From the NCBI GenBank assembly GCA_963801165.1, contig CAWDDT010000006.1:128001-192000 (forward strand): DNA of 64,000 bases, written 5' to 3'. The position numbers were made by a program, and so were the translations under genes. Source of the stretch: an uncultured bacterium. GTDB taxonomy: Bacteria; Actinomycetota; Acidimicrobiia; Spongiisociales; UBA5794. Positions 42,971 to 50,417 of the stretch are shown one piece after another (position 1 is the stretch's first letter; the number at the start of each line of letters is the position of its first letter). Below the pieces are notes generated by a model, which was not told where the DNA came from, searched no databases, and worked only from the letters and a program-made list of their open reading frames with translations.

Positions 42971-43720
42971 ATGATCACATCGGTGCGCAATAGCCGTGTC
43001 GCTGAAGCGCGCAAGCTCAATCGGCGGCGTGAGAGAAGGGCCACCGGGAAGACAACAATCGATGGCCCCTTGCTATTGCGGGAGGCCATCGCGGCCGACA
43101 TTGCGATCAGCGAGGTGTTCGCACTGGCCGACGACGAGGAAACGGTCGGTTTGGCGGAATCGGCGGGCGTCGAATTGCTCGCGGTCACACCGGATGTCTT
43201 GCGGTCTCTGGCATCGAGTGTCAACCCGCGCGGGCCGGTGGCCGTCATCGCGATACCGCCGCCGCGGGCCATTACGGCAACCGACGCCGTGTTGTTGTGG
43301 GAGGTCCGGGACCCGGGGAACGCCGGCACGATCATCCGGTCCGCAGCCTCGTTCGGATTCCAGGTCCTCGCCAGCCGAGACACCGTCGATTTGTGGTCGC
43401 CGAAGGTGGTCCGGGCGGGCGTCGGTGGTCATTTTCGCACGCCTTTGATCGAGGACGTCACGGGCATCGAGGAACTCGACAGAGTCGGTCTGGTACCGCT
43501 GGCCATGACCACCCGCGGCGTTGCCATTGGAAAGGTCGACATTTCCGACCCGACGCCCGTTGCCTTTGTTCTCGGAAACGAGGCTCATGGATTGCCCGCC
43601 GAGATCAGTGATCGTGTGACCAACGTCACGTTGCCGATGCCAGGTGGTACCGAGAGCCTGAACGCTGGAGTGGCCGCAAGCATTGCCATGTACTTGCGCA
43701 TGTCGCGCCGGCCCCAGTAG
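42971..43720 (+). CDS. TrmH/SpoU family RNA methyltransferase
   Basis: ITS.RN, DPGNAGTIIRSA, GNEAHGL and ESLN motifs. Confidence 0.92.
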   Translation: MITSVRNSRVAEARKLNRRRERRATGKTTIDGPLLLREAIAADIAISEVFALADDEETVGLAESAGVELLAVTPDVLRSLASSVNPRGPVAVIAIPPPRAITATDAVLLWEVRDPGNAGTIIRSAASFGFQVLASRDTVDLWSPKVVRAGVGGHFRTPLIEDVTGIEELDRVGLVPLAMTTRGVAIGKVDISDPTPVAFVLGNEAHGLPAEISDRVTNVTLPMPGGTESLNAGVAASIAMYLRMSRRPQ

Positions 43721-43883
43721 CGGGTGAGACTAGGCCCCAGCAGCAGCGGGGTAACAAGGCCCCAGCAGCGAGTAGCAAATAGGGGCCCGAGCCTCTGGCT
43801 GCGGATGCAGACGAACGCTATCGCCGTTCCCGGGTTTCGCTCATCCTTGCATTGTTCCCGGCCAGCCGATACCGTTGGCGTTG

Positions 43884-43952
43884 GTGACATCCATCGCACG
43901 ACGTCGTTTCGCCTTTACCGGGCCCGGGGCCCGGGCAAGAGGCGCGTCGTGA
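43884..43952 (+). CDS. Putative pheST leader peptide (MTSIARRRFAFTGPGARARGAS)
   Basis: GTG 43884 to TGA 43952, with Phe codons at 43908 and 43914; overlaps the antiterminator strand. A TAnnnT box at 43870-75 suggests a leaderless start. Confidence 0.5.
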   Translation: MTSIARRRFAFTGPGARARGAS

Positions 43953-43978
43953 CCTGACCATCAGTATCGACCTGCATT

Positions 43979-44007
43979 GCCCGGGCCAGCCCCCGGGCTT
44001 TTCTTTT
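43979..44007 (+). terminator. Intrinsic terminator (attenuator) upstream of pheS
   Basis: Stem gcccggg / cccgggc followed by ttttctttt. Confidence 0.8.
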
Positions 44008-44039
44008 GTCCGAGCAGCAACGAAGCAGGACCCACACCC

Positions 44040-45116
44040 ATGACGAGTAATCTGACCGACCCTATGGACTTGAAGAGATCACTGGAAGAGCTCGAGCACA
44101 CAACTTTGAGCGCACTGGCCGCGGCCGGGACGATGGACGCCCTAGCCGGGGTCGAGGCCGCCGCCGTCGGCCGGGAGTCGCCGATCGCCGCTGCTCGGCG
44201 CAATCTGGGGAAGATGCAACCAGAGGAGCGCCGCGATGCGGGTCGCCTCATCAACGAGGTCGCCAAGAAGCTCGAAGCTGCGATCGAAGAACGACGCGAT
44301 GCGCTCGTTGCCGAGGAGCGCCGCAAAGCCATCGCCGCCGAGGCGATCGACGTCACCATCGACTACATGTCGCTTCCCAAGGGACGGCTCCACGTTGTCC
44401 AACAAGTGATCGACGAGGTCTGCGACATCTTCGTCGGTCTTGGCTATCACATCGCGGAAGGCCCTGAGGCCGAGCTCGCCTGGTACAACTTCGACGCCCT
44501 GAACACGCCACCGGATCATCCGGGAAGGTTGGAATCGGACACTATGTATCTCGACTACGGCGAGCCCGAGGATGAGATGCTGATGCGTGCCCACACGTCG
44601 CCGATCCAGGCACGACACATGGAGCGCCACCAGCCGCCGGTGTACATCGTTGCCCCGGGGCGCGCCTACCGCAATGACACCATCGATGCTTCGCATCTAC
44701 CGGTGTTCCATCAGATCGAAGGGCTCGCGGTGGACGAGTCCATCACGTTCTCCGATCTCAAAGGCACGCTCGCTGAGTTCGCCCGACAGTTCTTCGGCCC
44801 GACGACGCTGGTACGGATGCGGCCCCACTACTTCCCCTTCACGGAGCCTTCGGCAGAGCTGGACGTGTCGTGCTTCAACTGTGACGGCGGGGAGGCTTCG
44901 TGCCGAGTGTGCAAAGGCGTCGGCTGGCTCGAGATGCTCGGTTGCGGGATGGTTGATCCCAACGTGTTCACGGCGGTCGGCTACGACCCCGACAAGGTGA
45001 GCGGTTTTGCGTTCGGTATTGGAGTCGAGCGGCTGGCCATGGTCCGGCACGACATCGATTCCATCAGACACTTCGTGGACAACGACGTCCGCTTCCTCAA
45101 CCAATTCCCCGGATAG
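44040..45116 (+). CDS. pheS: Phenylalanine--tRNA ligase alpha subunit
   Basis: NFDALN.P.DHP.R, HTSP.Q, FHQIEG, YFPFTEPS and GFAFG.G.ERLAM motifs. Start is 44040 or 44064. Confidence 0.96.
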   Translation: MTSNLTDPMDLKRSLEELEHTTLSALAAAGTMDALAGVEAAAVGRESPIAAARRNLGKMQPEERRDAGRLINEVAKKLEAAIEERRDALVAEERRKAIAAEAIDVTIDYMSLPKGRLHVVQQVIDEVCDIFVGLGYHIAEGPEAELAWYNFDALNTPPDHPGRLESDTMYLDYGEPEDEMLMRAHTSPIQARHMERHQPPVYIVAPGRAYRNDTIDASHLPVFHQIEGLAVDESITFSDLKGTLAEFARQFFGPTTLVRMRPHYFPFTEPSAELDVSCFNCDGGEASCRVCKGVGWLEMLGCGMVDPNVFTAVGYDPDKVSGFAFGIGVERLAMVRHDIDSIRHFVDNDVRFLNQFPG

Positions 45117-45119
45117 AAA

Positions 45120-47510
45120 ATGCGAGTATCACTGAACTGGCTAAAAGAATACGTAGACCTCCCCACCGAGGATCCGGAACGGCTGGCGCGGGCGTTCGAC
45201 ATGCTCGGGCACGCCGTGGAGTCGATCGAGGAATACACCGTTGGGTGGACGGACGTACTCATCGGCAAGGTGCTGAGAATCGAGAGCCACCCCAACGCCG
45301 ACACGGTTCGCGTCACCCACGTAGATCTCGGTGATGGCCAGGAGCACCAGATAATCTGTGGCGCCTGGAACTTCGAGGCGGGCGCCGTGGTGCCCGTGGC
45401 CGTGCCGGGAGCGGTGCTCCCGGGCGATTTTGCAATCGGGACGAGGACCATCCGCGGAGTGGAGTCACACGGGATGATCTGCTCGGAGCGCGAGCTCGGG
45501 TTGGGAGATCTCCACGAGGGAATCATGGTCCTCGATCCGGGCGCCCCGATCGGCGAGCCCTTCGCATCGATCCTCGAGTTGCCCGACGTCGTGTTCGACC
45601 TGGAGATCACAAACAACCGCCCGGACGTGATGGGGATGGTCGGCGTCGCCCGTGAGCTGGCGGCATGGTTCAGCACTGACTACCGGTATCCCGACGTGGA
45701 CCTGGATACCGTCCCCGGTGAACCGCGGCTCGATATCGCCATCACGGCCACCGACGGCTGCAACAGGTTCGTCGCCAGGGAGATGCGCGACGTCGCGCTC
45801 GCACCCTCACCCCTGTGGATGAGGGAACGGCTGCGCAAGGCCGGGGTCCGGGCCATCTCCAACATCGTCGACGTTTCCAACTACGTGATGTTGGAGCTGG
45901 GTCACCCGCTCCACACGTTCGACGCCGACTCCATTGTTGGTGATCGTCTCGAAGTCCGCTGGGCGCACCCGGGTGAGACCCTCGAGACCCTGGACGGCGT
46001 TGCCCGCAGCCTGGACGGTCGGGACCTCGTCATTGTCGATGATGACGGCCCGACGTCGCTGGCCGCGGTGATGGGCGGGGCCCGGTCGGAAGTCGTTGCG
46101 ACGACCGATCGGGTCATCATGGAAGCGGCTTCGTGGGACCCCGCGACCGTCATGTACACGTCGCGGCGTCACGACCTGCGCTCCGAGGCTTCGGCCCGCT
46201 TCGAGCGTGGCGTCGATCCCAACCTGGCGCCGGATGCCAACGCCAGGGCGTGCCGGGTACTCCGGGAGATCTCGGGAGGCTCGATCCTCGAAACCGTCAT
46301 CGACGTCAACCCGAACCCGCGGGATCCGTGGACTGTGCAGGTCGCCAAACGGAACGTGACCCGTATCCTCGGCGACGAGTTCGACCTCGAAAGGTCGGCA
46401 TCGCTGCTGCGCCGCCTGGGTCTCGAAGTCACGGAGGGGGAGACGTTGCTCGTGCGGATCCCCACCTACCGGCGCGACCTCACCAGGCCCGCTGATCTCG
46501 TTGAGGAGATAGCCCGGCTGGCGGACTACGACACGTTCCCGGCGACTCTGCCCAAAGGGCCCGCGGGGGGCCTCCTTCCGAACCAGCAGAGAACACGGCT
46601 CGCCCACAACATCCTCCGTGGCGTCGGCCTCGTTCAGGCCATCAACCTCCCGTTTGTGTCGGAAGTCGAGCTCGCCGTCTTCAGCGACGAGGCGTCCGGC
46701 GATGCGGTGCCGGACGTGGTCAGCGTGCGCAACCCGCTCCGGGACGATCAGTCACGGCTGCGCCAGAGTCTGCTCCCAGGGCTATTGCGCAACCTCCGGG
46801 AGAACCGGAATCGCGGCCTCGATGGCGTCGCGCTGTTCGAGACCGGCCGTGTGTTCTATGCCCGACCCTGGGAAGACGATGCGAGGGTCCCGGAGCAACC
46901 CGTGCGTCTGGCAGCCGCGCTGAGCGGGCCCCTGGGGCGGACGAGCCTGGGGCAGCGGGGAGAGCTCACAGATGCGGCAACGGCTCTGGCCGTGGTCGAT
47001 TTGCTCGGCGATGGACTCGGGGTCGAGATCACGCGCCGGCAGGCGCGACGGGCGGGCTTCCATCCCACCCGTACGGCCGAGCTCTCGATGGACGGTCGCA
47101 CGATCGGCTATGCGGGCGAGTTGCACCCGGATGTCGCCGAGCAGTTCGAGCTGAACGGGCGCGTCGCAGTTCTGGAGCTAGATCTGGCTCCCGTGGTTGC
47201 GCCCCGCCCCAGCATGCAGATGCAGCCCGTGTCGACCTATCCCCATGTCGAGTTCGACCTGTCTTTCGAGGTTGCCCTCGACGCGCCCGCGGCCAGCCTG
47301 GTCGCGGCGACGACGGAGACCTCCGACCTTGTCGAAACCGCAGCGATCTTTGACGACTACCGCAACGAGCGAGGGGACAGAGCCGTGGCGATCAGCTACC
47401 GCTTGCGAGCCAACGACCGCACTCTCGGCGCCGATGAGATTGCGGAGGTCAGGCAGAAGATGATCGAAGGTGCGGCAGCCCTGGGCGCCAAGCTGCGCGG
47501 CGGGGCGTGA
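45120..47510 (+). CDS. pheT: Phenylalanine--tRNA ligase beta subunit
   Basis: HPNAD, CGA.N, S.GMICS..ELG, NRPD, RFERGVD and DLVEEIAR motifs. Confidence 0.96.
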   Translation: MRVSLNWLKEYVDLPTEDPERLARAFDMLGHAVESIEEYTVGWTDVLIGKVLRIESHPNADTVRVTHVDLGDGQEHQIICGAWNFEAGAVVPVAVPGAVLPGDFAIGTRTIRGVESHGMICSERELGLGDLHEGIMVLDPGAPIGEPFASILELPDVVFDLEITNNRPDVMGMVGVARELAAWFSTDYRYPDVDLDTVPGEPRLDIAITATDGCNRFVAREMRDVALAPSPLWMRERLRKAGVRAISNIVDVSNYVMLELGHPLHTFDADSIVGDRLEVRWAHPGETLETLDGVARSLDGRDLVIVDDDGPTSLAAVMGGARSEVVATTDRVIMEAASWDPATVMYTSRRHDLRSEASARFERGVDPNLAPDANARACRVLREISGGSILETVIDVNPNPRDPWTVQVAKRNVTRILGDEFDLERSASLLRRLGLEVTEGETLLVRIPTYRRDLTRPADLVEEIARLADYDTFPATLPKGPAGGLLPNQQRTRLAHNILRGVGLVQAINLPFVSEVELAVFSDEASGDAVPDVVSVRNPLRDDQSRLRQSLLPGLLRNLRENRNRGLDGVALFETGRVFYARPWEDDARVPEQPVRLAAALSGPLGRTSLGQRGELTDAATALAVVDLLGDGLGVEITRRQARRAGFHPTRTAELSMDGRTIGYAGELHPDVAEQFELNGRVAVLELDLAPVVAPRPSMQMQPVSTYPHVEFDLSFEVALDAPAASLVAATTETSDLVETAAIFDDYRNERGDRAVAISYRLRANDRTLGADEIAEVRQKMIEGAAALGAKLRGGA

Positions 47511-47524
47511 GAACTGGAGCAGGA

Positions 47525-48433
47525 ATGGCAGATTTCTTGATGGTTACCGATATCGGTGGGGAGGGCCTCACCGAGACGTTGCGGCTGGCGGCTGAATCAA
47601 AGAAGAACCTGAGCGAGTATGCCGGGAGGCTGTCCGGCCGGAAGGTCGGGTTGTTCTTCGAGAAACCGTCTACGAGGACACGGGTCTCGTGCGAGGTGGC
47701 CACGGTCGAGCTGGGGGCACACCCGGTGGTCCTCAAGGCGGACGAGGTCGGCCTCGGAAAGCGGGAGGCAGTCGAGGATGTCGCCCGGACATTGGATCGG
47801 TATCTCGACGTCCTCGCCTTTCGTGTGTTCGACCACGGCAACCTGGTCAAGATGGCGCCGCTCACGACGGCACCGATCGTGAACCTCCTGTCGGATCGCT
47901 CGCACCCATGCCAGGCGCTCGCAGATCTACAGACAATCGCCGAGCACCGCGCACTGGCGGGAGCCAAAGTGGCGTACATCGGGGACGGCAACAACGTCTG
48001 CCACAGTCTCATGCTGGCCGGGGCCATGACCGGGGTCGATGTCCGTGTAGCGGGCCCTGCCGGTTATCAGCCCGCAGCGGACGTCGTGTCGCAGGCGTCT
48101 GAGATAGCCGCTGGGACCGGCGGCAGAATCACGGTGACGACCGATGCGACGGCCGCTATCGCCGGGGCGGACGTCGTGTACACCGACGTATGGACATCCA
48201 TGGGTCAGGAGGCGGAAGCTGCGGAACGTCACGAGATGCTGATGCCGTTCCAGGTGACGCGCGAGCTGTTCGAGAGTGCGGCGGACGACGCCATCTTCAT
48301 GCATTGCCTGCCGGCGCACCGCGGCGAGGAGGCGACAGACGACGTGCTCGAGCACAAGCGGTCACGGATCTTCGACCAGGCCGAGAACCGAATGCATTCG
48401 TTCCGCGGGCTATTGCTCTATCTACAGGCTTGA
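47525..48433 (+). CDS. argF: Ornithine carbamoyltransferase
   Basis: FEKPSTRTR, HPCQALAD, GDGNNV, TDVW.SMG, HCLP and QAENR motifs. Confidence 0.95.
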   Translation: MADFLMVTDIGGEGLTETLRLAAESKKNLSEYAGRLSGRKVGLFFEKPSTRTRVSCEVATVELGAHPVVLKADEVGLGKREAVEDVARTLDRYLDVLAFRVFDHGNLVKMAPLTTAPIVNLLSDRSHPCQALADLQTIAEHRALAGAKVAYIGDGNNVCHSLMLAGAMTGVDVRVAGPAGYQPAADVVSQASEIAAGTGGRITVTTDATAAIAGADVVYTDVWTSMGQEAEAAERHEMLMPFQVTRELFESAADDAIFMHCLPAHRGEEATDDVLEHKRSRIFDQAENRMHSFRGLLLYLQA

Positions 48434-48984
48434 GGAACACCCCGCTCGAGAGGTTGCTCGCAGGCGACGTCTTCGCGGTTGCCGAAGGTCTGATCGGGTG
48501 GACGCTGCGCTCGAACGTAGATGGCGCCACGACGGCGGTGACCATCACCGAGACCGAGGCATATGCGGGCAGCGACGATCCGGCGAGCCACGCCTATCGA
48601 GGGAGAACGAGACGCAACGCCTCCATGTTCGGGCGAGCGGGGCTCCTCTACGTCTACCGGTCGTACGGCATCCACTGGTGCATGAACGTTGTGGTTGGCG
48701 AGGCCGGGCTCGGCCATGCAGTGCTGCTGCGCGGTGGTGAGATCACCGAGGGCGTCGCTGTTGCCGTCGCCCGACGCGGGCGTCACGACCATCTCACGGA
48801 TGGGCCGGGCAAGCTCTGTCAGGCGCTCGGGGTGACCGGCAGTCACGATGGCAGCGATCTACGATCGGGGCCGCTCCTCCTCGAGCCCGGACCGGGAGTC
48901 GGGGGTCGACGCATCGAGACGACACCACGTATCGGGATATCGAAGGCCAGGGAACACCGCTGGCGCTTCGTCCTTGTGGGCTAA
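48430..48984 (+). CDS. DNA-3-methyladenine glycosylase (MPG family)
   Basis: ITETEAY.G..DPASH, YVYRSYGIH.C.N, GPGKL and PRIGIS motifs. Confidence 0.92.
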   Translation: MRNTPLERLLAGDVFAVAEGLIGWTLRSNVDGATTAVTITETEAYAGSDDPASHAYRGRTRRNASMFGRAGLLYVYRSYGIHWCMNVVVGEAGLGHAVLLRGGEITEGVAVAVARRGRHDHLTDGPGKLCQALGVTGSHDGSDLRSGPLLLEPGPGVGGRRIETTPRIGISKAREHRWRFVLVG

Positions 48985-48996
48985 CCTCCCCAGACG

Positions 48997-50190
48997 ATGA
49001 CCCCTGAAGAACAACTGGCATACCTGACCGCCGGCGTCGATACCGTCCTTCCCGAAGGCGAGCTGCTGCAGAGACTGCAGCTGGGTCGCCCGCTCCGGGC
49101 CAAGCTCGGAGTGGACCCCACGGCACCAGACGTAACGCTGGGGTGGGCGGTTGTTTTCGAGCGTCTCCGTCGGTTCCAGGAGTGTGGCCACACCGCAGTC
49201 CTGATCATCGGCGATTTCACCGCACAGGTGGGCGATCCGAGCGGCAAGAGCGAGACGCGACGCCGTCTCGGAGCCGGCGAGGTCGGGGGGTACGTGTCGG
49301 GGGTGATCGAAACGATCAGGGAGCTACTGCTTCCCGACAACCTCGAGATCCGACACAATTCGGAATGGCTGGGCGAGATGGACATGCACGACGTCCTCGA
49401 CCTCACGTCGCAGTTCACGGTGTCCCGCATCATGGACCGTGATGACTTCTCAAAGCGCTGGGATGCCCACGACGCGATCTCGATGATCGAATTCATGTAC
49501 CCGCTGCTGCAAGGCATGGACTCCGTCGCCGTTCACGCTGACATCGAGCTAGGAGGTAGCGACCAGCTCTTCAACAACCTGGTGGGACGAGACCTGCAGG
49601 AGCGGAAGGGCCAGGTCGGGCAGATGGTGATGACCGTGCCATTGCTAGTCGGGACCGACGGGGTGAAGAAGATGTCACAGTCGCTCGGCAACTACATCTC
49701 GGTCAAGGACGAGCCTGCAGAGATGTTCGGCAAGACGATGAGCATCCCTGATGAGGCGATGGGGCAGTGGTTCGAATTGGCTGCATACCGTCCGGCCGCC
49801 GAAGTCGTGGAGATCATGGAGGAGTTACGCACCGGTCGCCGCCACCCGGGAGAGACGAAGCGCGAGCTGGCCCGGTCGATCGTCGGCCGCTACTGGGGCA
49901 AGGAGGCAGCCGATGAGGCGGAGGGCGCATTCGACCTGCTCTTCAAACAGCACAGTGTGCCGGCCCAAGTGCCCGAGCATCCGGTCGGCAACGACGATCC
50001 GGTATGGCTTCCGGGGCTGCTCAACGCTGCCGGGCTGGTGTCCTCAAACGGAGAGGGACGGCGCATGCTCAAACAACTCGCCGTCCGAATCGACGGCAAC
50101 CCGGTCGCCGAGGAGAGCGTGGCGCGAGCGACGCTGGTCGGGGCGGTTCTTCAGGTGGGGAAGCGCCGGTTCGTGAGGTTGGTCGGATGA
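48997..50190 (+). CDS. tyrS: Tyrosine--tRNA ligase
   Basis: KLGVDPTAPD, GDFTA..GDPSG, YPLLQ..D, GG.DQ..N and KKMSQS motifs; C-terminal S4 domain. Confidence 0.95.
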   Translation: MTPEEQLAYLTAGVDTVLPEGELLQRLQLGRPLRAKLGVDPTAPDVTLGWAVVFERLRRFQECGHTAVLIIGDFTAQVGDPSGKSETRRRLGAGEVGGYVSGVIETIRELLLPDNLEIRHNSEWLGEMDMHDVLDLTSQFTVSRIMDRDDFSKRWDAHDAISMIEFMYPLLQGMDSVAVHADIELGGSDQLFNNLVGRDLQERKGQVGQMVMTVPLLVGTDGVKKMSQSLGNYISVKDEPAEMFGKTMSIPDEAMGQWFELAAYRPAAEVVEIMEELRTGRRHPGETKRELARSIVGRYWGKEAADEAEGAFDLLFKQHSVPAQVPEHPVGNDDPVWLPGLLNAAGLVSSNGEGRRMLKQLAVRIDGNPVAEESVARATLVGAVLQVGKRRFVRLVG

Positions 50191-50363
50191 TGCAGCGGCT
50201 TCGTAACACCGTGGCCGACATGCTCGTTGGAGTGGTGGTCATCCTTATCGCGTTTTGGCTCTTGCGCGGGGTCTTCCGGATGGTGATATGGGCAGCCAGT
50301 CTGGTTCTCATCATTCTCGTGGTCGCTCTGGTGTTGCGGATAGCCGCCAAGATCCGGGGATGA
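50187..50363 (+). CDS. Small hydrophobic membrane protein
   Basis: ATG overlaps the tyrS stop; 58 aa with two hydrophobic segments. Confidence 0.6.
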   Translation: MMQRLRNTVADMLVGVVVILIAFWLLRGVFRMVIWAASLVLIILVVALVLRIAAKIRG

Positions 50364-50365
50364 CA

Positions 50366-50395
50366 GTGGCCCGCCCCCGGGTGGGAGCGGGCCAC
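50366..50395. terminator. GC-rich hairpin between convergent genes
   Basis: Inverted repeat gtggcccgc...gcgggccac. Confidence 0.55.
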
Positions 50396-50417
50396 GGGTT
50401 GATTCAACTATCCGGGC

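Noticed and set aside
43710-43775. Three ggccccag(c/t)agc direct repeats after the TrmH gene
   Set aside because: They are short, irregularly spaced and GC-rich; no function can be supported.
43720-44040. T-box riboswitch upstream of pheS
   Set aside because: No T-box consensus (GGTGGNACC) precedes the terminator; a leader-peptide model fits better.
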